A stretch of DNA of 64,000 bases, from positions 249,785 to 313,784 of the forward strand of contig JAUVXW010000001.1 of NCBI GenBank assembly GCA_030603385.1, written 5' to 3'. How positions within the stretch are numbered: position 1 is the stretch's first letter; every line of letters starts with the position of its first letter. The translations under genes and the position numbers were made by a program. The notes beneath the pieces are model-generated. The model did no database searches. It had not been told where the DNA came from and saw nothing but the letters and a program-made list of their open reading frames with translations. The stretch comes from Promethearchaeota archaeon (GTDB lineage Archaea > Asgardarchaeota > Lokiarchaeia > Sigyniarchaeales > SOKP01). Below, in pieces: positions 50,312 through 60,185 of the stretch.

Positions 50312-53300
50312 ATGTTTTTCTTTAAGGTATTAATTCTAGGAGATCCAGAAACAATTCATTTTTACGCTTCAAGAGCGTTTGGTGAACCCGGAGAAGATAA
50401 AGAAACATATTTTGAATGGTATAAAGAAGTGAAAATCTTAGAAGACACCTGCGATTTAGAAATTGATGCGATTACAAGCATATCAGCAGATTTAGATGAC
50501 ATAATTCCGATTGTGGATGGGATTATTTACTTTTTAAATCCTCTAATTAAAGAAGAATATGAACTACTTGAAATGGTCTTACCAGATATTTTTTCAGTTA
50601 AACGCGATATTCCTACAATAGTCATTTTTTATGATCAAAATGGTATTCTCCCAATATCTGTGAATGAGCTCTTAACAAATGTATGGGTTAATTATCCTAG
50701 TCTCGAAGCCTTTGCTAATCTAAATCCTAAAGATTTTCATCAAGTACTTCAATCGCTCTGTTTAGCGATGATTAATGGGGAGACTCCGTTAAATATTGAG
50801 AACGCTTGGATGAGATTTCCAATATTCATTCAAATGGCTAATGTTTATTTTAAGGATAAAAATTATTATTATGCCGCTCAAGCAGTAAGAAAAGCAGCTT
50901 TGATTGCAGAAATTTACAATAAAGAGGAGTACTTTATTATAACTGATCAAGCGGCATATCTATATTCAAAAATTAATCTATATTTGGAAGCAAGTCAAAT
51001 AATAGAAAATATAGACCCAATAAAGGCTGTTAATTTTAAGAGGCTGTATGCTGATGCAATGATAAGAGAAGGTACTTTCTATTTTAATAAACATGAATAC
51101 GAAACTGCTGCAAAACAATACGAAAGAGCAGGACAATGGTCTAGTATTGAGTTGTTAGATAAAAAAATAATTGATGAAGCCTTTAGATTAGCAATAACTT
51201 CTTGGATATCGGCTTGTAAGGTTGAGAATGCATTTAGAATTCTTGAAAGCTTATCGCATCCAGAAGCTCAGACAATATTAAAGGAAGTTACAGGCAAAAT
51301 TGGTAATGCTGCAGAATTCTTAGTAGAAACTAATAGATTTGAATTAGCAAGGGAACAACTATATAATGCGATATATAAATATCAAAGAGAAGCACTTTCA
51401 GATGAATTAGAAGAATTAACCATCAAATTAACGAAAATTTTAATTTATATCTTCAAACATCAAGTTAATGTTAAAGAAATTCACGCTGCAAGATATACTT
51501 ATGATGAAATTGAAAATATGTGGGAATCGTATAATGTAAAAAAAACCAATTTAGATGCAACTTTAAAAATCTTAATTAACCTTTTTTTAGAAAAAAATAA
51601 CTTTGGAATAACAACCATACTTATTAATAAGCTAGACTCTTTGATGATAAAACAAGAATTGACCAAATTAAGTGGTGAAATTGAGGATATATATAAAACC
51701 TCATTGAAAAAGGAACTGGAGGAAACTATTAAAAAAGGAGTAGATTTTTTGACTGAATTTGTTGAAGCTGAGTTGGATATTATTGCTGATATGAATAAAA
51801 AGAAAATTGAGGCTGCCAATGAGTTCATTAAACAAGGCAAATATCTTAAAGGAGCAAAGTATTTAATAGATCAGGCGGATTATCTAAAAAAGATAGGAAT
51901 GGAAGGCATAAGGGATCAAATTCTTACAAAATCTTTAGATATTCTCTTAGAAGGTGATATTTTTGAAGAATTTTTCATCACCTTTAGTGAATTATCAATA
52001 GAAATGAAAAAGAAGTACTTAATTAGAGTATTTCCAGTTTTCCTTGACAGATTGAAAGAAATTGAAAAATTGGAGAATTTTGAAAGAATCGCAAGAATTT
52101 TGGAAGATTCTAACAGAATATATCGTAATCACTTGTTTTATGACAAATCCAAACAGATTAGTTTAGTTTATATTAAAATCATTAAACATGAGGCGTTGAA
52201 TCTACTTAGAGTTGAAGAGGATCTTTCAGGAATTAGAAAAGCAAATGAGTTAGTAAAAAAAGCAATTAGTGTCTCAGACGCCTATTTAGAAAAAGAAGAA
52301 ATCCTAAATATAAACTATGATAAAATCTTCAAGAAAATTGCTGAAGTATATATTGATTTAGATGATTTAGCCAATGCTCACGCATATAATGACAGAATTG
52401 AGAATAAAGCATATAAAAAAGAGATTCATAAAATAATTGATAAACTTGAAGCAGAAAGAAGTGCAATTCGTTCTATAAAAGCAAAAGAAACCCGAGATGG
52501 AGCAGTTTTAGAAGAGATGCGTTCTATTATTGAAAATAAGGCTAGAGAGTATCGTCGTTTAGATCAAGAAAAGGAACTTAGGGAAAGAACTGCCAGAAAA
52601 ACAAGACTTTTTAAAGGAGCTTTAAACCATTTAACGAAAAAAGAGTTCGATAAAGCCATTGACTTGTACAAGGATACCATAATTGAATTAAACAGAATTA
52701 AAAAGTACAATTTGGCTGGTGTTTCATTAGCAATAGTTAGTTTATTATTATTTAAAGAAAATAGAGTAAAGGATGTGAGAGAATTATTAGAGGAGACAAA
52801 ACGGAGTTTGTCAGGGTTGGGTATTGAAACTTTTCCAGTCACATTAGTTGAATACATGTTTCAAGCGAACAAGTTTCAAGATGAGCCTAAATTTAATGAA
52901 GCATTATCTTTTTTAAAATATCTTCCATTATTTGATGAAGAATTAAGACTTCTACATGACCAATTTGGTGAAGATTATATAGAAGAAGGAATAATTGAAC
53001 CAGTAGCAGAAACTAATGAAGTATTAACAAGACAGCAAGCAATAGAAATAGATCAAAGATATGGAAAAATAGAGTCAAAAATAGGAGACACTCGACGGGA
53101 GAAAAAAAATTTTCTTAATAAACGAATAGCTACAAAAAGAATTTTTTATAAACCAATTTTTACATTATTGGAAGCACAGAATTTCAAAGAAGCAGCAACT
53201 AAATATTATGAATTAGCTGAAACCATGGTTTCTAGAAGAAAAGATTTTAGAACTAGTTCACTCCTTATCCTTCTACACGGATTATGCTTATTAAAAATCA

Positions 53301-53521
53301 AAGAACCTTATTCTCTCATCAAAGAAAGTATTAACCAGTTTCTAAATAGACGGGGTGTCAATAGAAGATTGGTGGAAGATACATATGATATTATGTTAAT
53401 CCTTTTTATAATTGATGCTAAAGGTTATAACTTGGAAAATTATTTACCAAAAATTAAAGGAATGTTAGAAATCTTACCTCTATTTGAAGAAGAAACCCAT
53501 CTAATAGAGTTTAAAAATTGA
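50312..53521 (+). CDS. Large alpha-solenoid (TPR/SNAP-like) protein with a degenerate small-GTPase-like N-terminal domain
   Basis: FKVLILGD...VDGIIYF...IPTIVI resembles a Ras-fold beta-strand pattern without GKT; followed by helical repeats (AAKQYERAG, AATKYYELA). Confidence 0.55.
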   Translation: MFFFKVLILGDPETIHFYASRAFGEPGEDKETYFEWYKEVKILEDTCDLEIDAITSISADLDDIIPIVDGIIYFLNPLIKEEYELLEMVLPDIFSVKRDIPTIVIFYDQNGILPISVNELLTNVWVNYPSLEAFANLNPKDFHQVLQSLCLAMINGETPLNIENAWMRFPIFIQMANVYFKDKNYYYAAQAVRKAALIAEIYNKEEYFIITDQAAYLYSKINLYLEASQIIENIDPIKAVNFKRLYADAMIREGTFYFNKHEYETAAKQYERAGQWSSIELLDKKIIDEAFRLAITSWISACKVENAFRILESLSHPEAQTILKEVTGKIGNAAEFLVETNRFELAREQLYNAIYKYQREALSDELEELTIKLTKILIYIFKHQVNVKEIHAARYTYDEIENMWESYNVKKTNLDATLKILINLFLEKNNFGITTILINKLDSLMIKQELTKLSGEIEDIYKTSLKKELEETIKKGVDFLTEFVEAELDIIADMNKKKIEAANEFIKQGKYLKGAKYLIDQADYLKKIGMEGIRDQILTKSLDILLEGDIFEEFFITFSELSIEMKKKYLIRVFPVFLDRLKEIEKLENFERIARILEDSNRIYRNHLFYDKSKQISLVYIKIIKHEALNLLRVEEDLSGIRKANELVKKAISVSDAYLEKEEILNINYDKIFKKIAEVYIDLDDLANAHAYNDRIENKAYKKEIHKIIDKLEAERSAIRSIKAKETRDGAVLEEMRSIIENKAREYRRLDQEKELRERTARKTRLFKGALNHLTKKEFDKAIDLYKDTIIELNRIKKYNLAGVSLAIVSLLLFKENRVKDVRELLEETKRSLSGLGIETFPVTLVEYMFQANKFQDEPKFNEALSFLKYLPLFDEELRLLHDQFGEDYIEEGIIEPVAETNEVLTRQQAIEIDQRYGKIESKIGDTRREKKNFLNKRIATKRIFYKPIFTLLEAQNFKEAATKYYELAETMVSRRKDFRTSSLLILLHGLCLLKIKEPYSLIKESINQFLNRRGVNRRLVEDTYDIMLILFIIDAKGYNLENYLPKIKGMLEILPLFEEETHLIEFKN

Positions 53522-54451
53522 TCAGTCAACTATATTTGCATATTTTTGTAAATCCTTTACTCTCATACGAAGTGTAACTTCTGTAACTTTCGCCAGTTGA
53601 CTAATTTCTTTCTGTGTTCTATTTTCACTACATATTTTTGATGCTATATAGATAGAAGCAGCAGCAATTCCTTTCGGGTCTTTACCTGCTGAATTGAATC
53701 CACTATCTCTTGCCTTTTCAATTAATTTTACAGCTATATTTCTACACTGCATTGAAAGCTTTAGTTCTTCATTAAATTTATCAACATATCTATCAGCTGA
53801 AAAATGTTGTACTTTCATTCCGAGTTTTGGTAGAACTTCCATGAGAATTAATCGATAACTTTTAATTACTTTCTTTTTAGGAATTTGTGCAATTTTCGTT
53901 ATTTCTTCAGCAGTTCTGGGTATTCCATGAACTCTTAAAGCAGCAAAAATAGATGCTGACAATAACGTATCTATACTTCTTCCCATAGTTAATTTCTTTT
54001 TTACTGTTTGAGTATATATTCTAAGCGCATCCTCAGCTACGGCATCTGGAATTCCTAATCTTTTTTGTAAACGCTGTAAATTAGGTAAAGCAATCCATAA
54101 GTTTCTCTCATAACTAGTTGTTAAAGACCTATGAATTTTAGCCAATCTGTTAAATTTAGATTTGTATTTTGGGCTTAGTAAAGTGCCTCTAGCGTCTCTC
54201 GATCCTCTGATAATTGTTCTGGGCCCTATTGGGCTATAAACTCTTTCACTACTTTTCCTCTTCTGAATTTCTTCTTGAGTAAAAGCTCTACGAGGACTAT
54301 CGTCAAGAATTCTAGAATATACAAAACCACAGTTTAAACAGACATAAAATCCATCTTCTTCACTTATTTTAGGACTATCACAACAGGATGGACCTTCCTC
54401 CCCACTATCTTCAAAGAACTCATTATCTTTAAAATGAGACGGCATAATCAC
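53522..54451 (-). CDS. tfb: Transcription initiation factor IIB (TFB) paralog
   Basis: Zn ribbon CC..VCLNCG, ERNL, GRS, cyclin repeats, GKDPKGIAAASIY, RTQKEIS..VTEVTLR. Confidence 0.92.
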   Translation of the reverse strand: MIMPSHFKDNEFFEDSGEEGPSCCDSPKISEEDGFYVCLNCGFVYSRILDDSPRRAFTQEEIQKRKSSERVYSPIGPRTIIRGSRDARGTLLSPKYKSKFNRLAKIHRSLTTSYERNLWIALPNLQRLQKRLGIPDAVAEDALRIYTQTVKKKLTMGRSIDTLLSASIFAALRVHGIPRTAEEITKIAQIPKKKVIKSYRLILMEVLPKLGMKVQHFSADRYVDKFNEELKLSMQCRNIAVKLIEKARDSGFNSAGKDPKGIAAASIYIASKICSENRTQKEISQLAKVTEVTLRMRVKDLQKYANIVD

Positions 54452-54641
54452 TTATAATAGTAAAAAATGAATTTGGAATTATTCATTTTAAGTATAAAAT
54501 ACATACTCTATAAAATATTTAAGTTTAATCTATTTAAAACTAAGTTGTGAAAATTTAAATCTAAGTCTTTTTAATTAGTATCATAAAAGTTTAATAAATA
54601 ATAATAAAAACGAAATTAACCTATTAATATTAAAAGAATCA

Positions 54642-55889
54642 ATGTTTTCTATGTCCTCTGAAAGTTCAGATATAATAAAAGTCATTTCCAAATTTTTAGA
54701 CCCCAAATCTGTAAAAATTGAGAAATTAGAAAAGATCGATGACATTTTAAAATTACCAATTCAATCCTACAAATTTATAGATAAAGAAGAATCAACTATT
54801 ATAAAAAATCTATTTGAAATTTCTAAAATTAAAGAAATACTAGAACTAAACAAAGACGATCCATTTGAAAGTTTATCCATATTAGAAGAATCTGAAGAAT
54901 CTCTCGAATTAACAGAAAGTTTAAAGGAAAAAATTGGGGCGCTAAAAAATAAATATCCCACCTTAGAAAATAAATTAAGAAAAGCAGTTACGATTAGTAC
55001 ACTCATAAATAGCCTTTCTGAGGAAACAGAAGCTATTAAAACCGAAACTCAAAAAGTTTTAGTTGCTGGTCTAGATGCTGCAGGTAAAACGTCCTTATTA
55101 TCGAAATTTGGAGGGCGCTTAGGGATAAGTGATATGATTGCTACTCATCCAACAAAGGGTGTAGTTAGGATGAAATTTGGTACTTCTAATTTGAATCTCT
55201 TCATTTGGGACTTAGGCGGTCAAGAAGAATATCGTGAGAGGTATTTAAACAATCCCGAGCAATACTTTATTCAATTAGATCTACTAATATACGTCATAGA
55301 CGTACAAGATCCAGAGAGATTTGAGGAAACTTTAGATTATCTTGATAAAATACTTGACTCACTGGTGATGTTAGAAGAAGCCCCTTATGTGCTATTATTC
55401 ATTCATAAATATGATCCTGATTTAAAAAGAGACCCTAAAATACTCCTTAATATTGAACTCTTGAAAAACGATATACGTGAGCTTCTTAAAAGTAAGAATT
55501 ATGATTTTGAAGTTGAAACATATTTAACTTCTATTTATTCTTTAATTTCTCGCGAACCACAATTTGCGAAATATATAAAAAATTTAATGAGCTCAACTTA
55601 TTCTCTTACAGATCCAACAGTAAAGAAGGTAGAGGGACTTGGAAAAACATTGGAAGAGACTCTTAATGCGGTTATTCGTCTATCTGAGAGCATCTCTACA
55701 CAACTTAATGATCTCGATATTCGTCTCCGTGCGATAGAATCGGGTGCATTTCAAGCAGCACAAGGTGGACAACCACTTGAAATAGCGAATACCTCTTTAA
55801 GTTCCCGTAGAGCTGGAGAGAACTCAAGATTGACAGTTCTTAATGAGTTAAAAGATTTATTTAGTAAAAGAAAGAGCTTAGATCTTTAA
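54642..55889 (+). CDS. Arf/Rag-like GTPase with N-terminal extension and C-terminal coiled coil
   Basis: GLDAAGKTS, PTKG, WDLGGQ, HKYD, TSIY. Confidence 0.85.
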   Translation: MFSMSSESSDIIKVISKFLDPKSVKIEKLEKIDDILKLPIQSYKFIDKEESTIIKNLFEISKIKEILELNKDDPFESLSILEESEESLELTESLKEKIGALKNKYPTLENKLRKAVTISTLINSLSEETEAIKTETQKVLVAGLDAAGKTSLLSKFGGRLGISDMIATHPTKGVVRMKFGTSNLNLFIWDLGGQEEYRERYLNNPEQYFIQLDLLIYVIDVQDPERFEETLDYLDKILDSLVMLEEAPYVLLFIHKYDPDLKRDPKILLNIELLKNDIRELLKSKNYDFEVETYLTSIYSLISREPQFAKYIKNLMSSTYSLTDPTVKKVEGLGKTLEETLNAVIRLSESISTQLNDLDIRLRAIESGAFQAAQGGQPLEIANTSLSSRRAGENSRLTVLNELKDLFSKRKSLDL

Positions 55890-56617
55890 ATTCTCATTTC
55901 TTTTTTTGTAAAATTATTTTTAATATATTTATAGGTAGCAGATAAAAAAATTGCTATACAAATTATGATCCATAAAACAAGATACCAAACATTTTCAAAT
56001 ATCATTGAATTAAATTGTCGATATTCTATGGTATGCAGAGCAAATTGTTCAAAATATTCAAAAATTATTTGAAATATAGGAGCAACAATAAAAACTGAAA
56101 GCAAGAACCCAATTATACCGATAAAATACCCGAATATTACATCCGAAGGATAATGGACACCCAATTGAATCCTTGAAAATGATATTATTATTGCTAGTAC
56201 TTGCATTATAATTATCATAATGGGTGATTTTAAAAAGAAGAGCCCTATCAATAAACCATATGCGACAATATTATATGAGTGCCATGAAGGAAAGCTTTTT
56301 GATCTCGGTTTTATTTGGAGAACTTTGAGTTTATCTTTTTCTAACTTATCAAAAGGTCTTGATCTATTAACCGTTTGTTTAATTGCTAATATTAATAATA
56401 ACCCTGTTAAAAAAATAGCAGCTAAGTTAGCTAGCAAAAAAGGATCATACCAAATAAATAAATAAAAAGCAATTAAAAAAATCCATATTGTTTCTCTTCC
56501 AAAGAAAGATAAAAACTTCAGAATATAAGTGACTGGCTTCCCACCAATACCATTATATTTTACAATTATCTTTTGGTCCCATTCATCGATCCTGTTAGAA
56601 AATTCTTTTAACTCCAT
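55886..56617 (-). CDS. PAP2-family membrane phosphatase
   Basis: KQTVNRSRP, SFPSWH, SRIQLGVHYPSDV. Confidence 0.9.
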   Translation of the reverse strand: MELKEFSNRIDEWDQKIIVKYNGIGGKPVTYILKFLSFFGRETIWIFLIAFYLFIWYDPFLLANLAAIFLTGLLLILAIKQTVNRSRPFDKLEKDKLKVLQIKPRSKSFPSWHSYNIVAYGLLIGLFFLKSPIMIIIMQVLAIIISFSRIQLGVHYPSDVIFGYFIGIIGFLLSVFIVAPIFQIIFEYFEQFALHTIEYRQFNSMIFENVWYLVLWIIICIAIFLSATYKYIKNNFTKKEMRI

Positions 56618-56640
56618 AATGGCTTATACAAAAAATAAAT

Positions 56641-57435
56641 TTAAATTGAATTTAAATATTTATATGCTTCTTTTACATTAGTAATCTGACTTTCAAAATA
56701 ATCTAATGAATGTGAATCAGAACCAACAAAAAATTTTCCTCCTTCCTTCAATAATTGATATATTATCGTTTTTGATGGAAAAGGTCGTCCAATTGGAAAT
56801 CTTTTTCCAGATAAATTGTATTCAATACACAAATTATTTTTTATACATAGGCGCCCTAATTCTAACACTCTTTCTTCCGAGATATCACAATCTTCCTCAG
56901 GTTTTATATCATTTTCATTTATATATCGGAATATAGTATCAATGTGACAAATATTCTTGAAAATTTGGGAATTTATCATCATTTCAGAAGTTTCAAAATA
57001 TTCATCAATAATCTCTTTCATTCTTTTCTTCTCTAAAAATTTGATTAGTTTTTTTTTTGATGTTATAGGGTATCCAGAAATCCATTCATGGATAGTCCCT
57101 CCGATGAAATCTAATTCTTTTTCATAATCATCCATAAATTCTAAAAGTTCTATTTCTCTATCTTTATAATATTCAACCTCAAGTCCACAATATATGAAAT
57201 CGTATGTTTCCTTTATTTCGTCAAGTTCCTCTAAGTAATTATCAATATTCCCATTATAGAAAGGATTTGTTTTATCTTTTTCAATAGAATATAGCTCATA
57301 ATGCTCAAGAAAACAAACATTTATTTCATTTTTTTCCGCTATTTTTATATAATCCTCGAAGTTAGGCCCGTTATCTTCAATATCAGCACTCCATTTAGCA
57401 GTATGAACATGATAATCTGTAAATTTAAACTTCAT
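56641..57435 (-). CDS. PHP-domain phosphatase (histidinol-phosphatase HisJ-like)
   Basis: DYHVHT, LEH, GLEVE, CHID, GSDSH. Confidence 0.85.
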   Translation of the reverse strand: MKFKFTDYHVHTAKWSADIEDNGPNFEDYIKIAEKNEINVCFLEHYELYSIEKDKTNPFYNGNIDNYLEELDEIKETYDFIYCGLEVEYYKDREIELLEFMDDYEKELDFIGGTIHEWISGYPITSKKKLIKFLEKKRMKEIIDEYFETSEMMINSQIFKNICHIDTIFRYINENDIKPEEDCDISEERVLELGRLCIKNNLCIEYNLSGKRFPIGRPFPSKTIIYQLLKEGGKFFVGSDSHSLDYFESQITNVKEAYKYLNSI

Positions 57436-57484
57436 AATTTTACAAGGTGTATAATTAAGGAAGAATAATAAAAATACTGATTAA

Positions 57485-59377
57485 CTATTCAATTGAATCT
57501 CCTTTGTCAAAAAATACTTCATAAAAAAGTTCCTTTTCTCCTTGTTCCGGAGGGGTTATTTTAGTATGCCCTCCCTGTTGTATAATACGAACAGTGCTTT
57601 TATTCTGAATATGAATTGTCCCATAGAATCCTTTTATCCCTCTTTCCTTTGCTATAATAATTAGATGTTGGTAAAGAAATGTCCCTACTCCTTTCCCTCG
57701 ATAGTCTTCTCTTACTAAAAAGCTATATTCCGCTGTATTAAATTTAGGATTCAAATAATAAGTTGCATTTCCAACCATTTCTTCTTTTCCTATTTCACCC
57801 ACAAAAGCCCCTATTGAAAAAATTTTATCGTAATCGATATTTACTTCACCCTGAGTTTTAGAATGTGTAAATTCTTTTCTCATTCCAAAAAATCTCAGAT
57901 ATCTATCTCTCTCATTTAATGAATAGTATAAATCTTTAAGTAATGATTCATCTGTAGTTTTAACTGGTCTTATTCTAATCTTTTCATTATTAAAAGCTAT
58001 ATAAATCGTTTCATATTCAGAAGGGTATAAACATATACGCCCATGTTCATCACATGAAAGTAATTGATCTGAATAAATATAGTTCCATTTTTTAGCATGC
58101 TCTAATAATTCTTCTCGAAAATCTGGATGAGCAACACAAATCAATTCAATCACCCTTTCTCGAATCGTTTTACCATGAAGATATGCCACACCCCATTCAG
58201 TTACAACATAATGTACATCTCCGCGAGACAACATTATTCCAGCACCCTCATCTAAATGAGGGACTATTCTAGATCTTTTACCATCTCGAGATGTTGAGGG
58301 GATAATTATAATTGGTTTCCCTCCTTTTGAAAACGCTGCACCCCTCATAAAATCTATAGTTTCTCCCAATCCTGAATAAAATTTATAGCCTTCTGTTGCT
58401 GCATTTACTTGCCCAGTAAGATCAATTTGTCGAGCAGAATTAATTGAAATCATTTTTTTGTTCATTCCAATATATCTTGGGTTACATACATAATCCGAAG
58501 GATAGAATTCGATAAAAGGATTATTATGGACAAATTTATATAGCTTTTTGGTTCCTAAAGCAAAACTAGTAATAATTTTTTCAGGATGAAAATTCTTTTT
58601 TCTACAAGTAAGAATGCCATCTTCAATAAGTGGAATTATATTTTCTGTTATATAGTGAGAATGCATTCCTAAGTCTTTTTTATCCATTAAATATTTTAGA
58701 GTAGCATTTGGCAAATCTCCAAATCCTATGTGAATTGTAGATTTATTTTCTACTAAATTTGCCAAATTTTGTCCTATCCTTTCAGCAATATCATCTGGTT
58801 CATCAAAATGAAATTCTAACAAAGGCGAATTATTATAAACAAAAAAATCGATTTCTTTCATATGAATAAAACTGTTCCCTAAAGTTCGAGGCATTTGGGG
58901 ATTAATTTCAACAATAGTAATGAATGATGATTGAGCTATTGGCTTTGCGATATCTACATTTATCCCTAACGAACAAAAACCAAAAGGATCAGGAGGTGAA
59001 ACTTGTATGAGTGCGACATCAATGTGTTTTCGACCTGTGATAAATAAAGAAGCAATCTCACTAGCATAAATTGGAGTATAATCTGCTTGACCTTTATTAA
59101 TTTCCTCCCGAAGAGTTTTTCCAATGAAAAATGCATTATGTCGAAAAAGATCTTCAGCTTTATCCTTAAAATATTTCTCAGGTCCAATGGTTAAAAAATG
59201 GAGAATTTCGGTATCTATTAATGTTTCTGAGTTCTTAATTAATTCAGATGTTAATAATTGTGGCTCTGAACACCCAGAGTCTATAAAAACTCTATTGCCT
59301 GGTATAATTTTTTTAATAGCGTCTTTAGCTGTGATTTCTTTATCTTTCCACTTTTCTCGCCATTCTGCATCTAACAT
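57485..59377 (-). CDS. Acetyl-CoA hydrolase/CoA-transferase fused to C-terminal GNAT domain
   Basis: DVALIQVSPPD, GFCSLG, DLGMHS, DLTGQV, DFMRGA, VVTEWG; GNAT part IRIRPV...YRGKGVGT. Confidence 0.9.
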   Translation of the reverse strand: MLDAEWREKWKDKEITAKDAIKKIIPGNRVFIDSGCSEPQLLTSELIKNSETLIDTEILHFLTIGPEKYFKDKAEDLFRHNAFFIGKTLREEINKGQADYTPIYASEIASLFITGRKHIDVALIQVSPPDPFGFCSLGINVDIAKPIAQSSFITIVEINPQMPRTLGNSFIHMKEIDFFVYNNSPLLEFHFDEPDDIAERIGQNLANLVENKSTIHIGFGDLPNATLKYLMDKKDLGMHSHYITENIIPLIEDGILTCRKKNFHPEKIITSFALGTKKLYKFVHNNPFIEFYPSDYVCNPRYIGMNKKMISINSARQIDLTGQVNAATEGYKFYSGLGETIDFMRGAAFSKGGKPIIIIPSTSRDGKRSRIVPHLDEGAGIMLSRGDVHYVVTEWGVAYLHGKTIRERVIELICVAHPDFREELLEHAKKWNYIYSDQLLSCDEHGRICLYPSEYETIYIAFNNEKIRIRPVKTTDESLLKDLYYSLNERDRYLRFFGMRKEFTHSKTQGEVNIDYDKIFSIGAFVGEIGKEEMVGNATYYLNPKFNTAEYSFLVREDYRGKGVGTFLYQHLIIIAKERGIKGFYGTIHIQNKSTVRIIQQGGHTKITPPEQGEKELFYEVFFDKGDSIE

Positions 59378-59480
59378 ACTAATTCCTTCTATTATAACTT
59401 ATTAACCAATTTTTTAAAATTAAAATTTGATATTGATTTCGATAATGGCTTTAATTCTTAATTTTTTACTATTTTAACCT

Positions 59481-59843
59481 TTATATAGATTCATCATATG
59501 ATGTTAAAGTGTATTCAGGCGTTTGTCTCTCTTTGGTAAATTTGAATTTTGAAAAAATAAATGACAATATAACAAAACTACCACTAATGATACTCACTAT
59601 TAAAGGAGGTATGATATAGACAAAATTATGCTCAAAATCTGAAAATAATAAAGGGATGTTAGCCATCACGGAAAATAACGATACAATAAAAATGCTCCCT
59701 CCTAAAACGAATAAGCACATGAAAAAAGTGTGTTTCACTCCATAACTCATGCTATCCGTCATAATACAATCAATACAGATTTCAAAATCATCCTCGAAAT
59801 CCTTTTTAGCAACTTCTTGACCACAAAATTTGCATTTAGGCAT
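59481..59843 (-). CDS. Small hypothetical membrane protein with N-terminal zinc finger
   Basis: CKFCG..CIDC plus two TM helices. Confidence 0.55.
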   Translation of the reverse strand: MPKCKFCGQEVAKKDFEDDFEICIDCIMTDSMSYGVKHTFFMCLFVLGGSIFIVSLFSVMANIPLLFSDFEHNFVYIIPPLIVSIISGSFVILSFIFSKFKFTKERQTPEYTLTSYDESI

Positions 59844-60185
59844 TTTTTTTACTCAATATAATGGATATAACAAAAATGGGATTAATTTATAATATTATTT
59901 AATTACTTAAATTTTTTTTTCGATTGAATTGGATTTTTCTTAATTTATTATTGTTTATACTACAAGACTTAGGTAATTTAATCTAATTAATAGTCTGTTT
60001 AAATTTATTTTTAATATGAGTTTTAACCATTAAAATTATTAAATTGTTTCCAAAGAAAATTAATTTATATGATTTATAGATAAAATGTTTAAATTCCATT
60101 CAATTCTTTTTTGAATTAGAACTATCCTAATTTAATATAAAATATATAAAAAATTAAAACTTGAAATTCAAAAGTGTAAAATATA

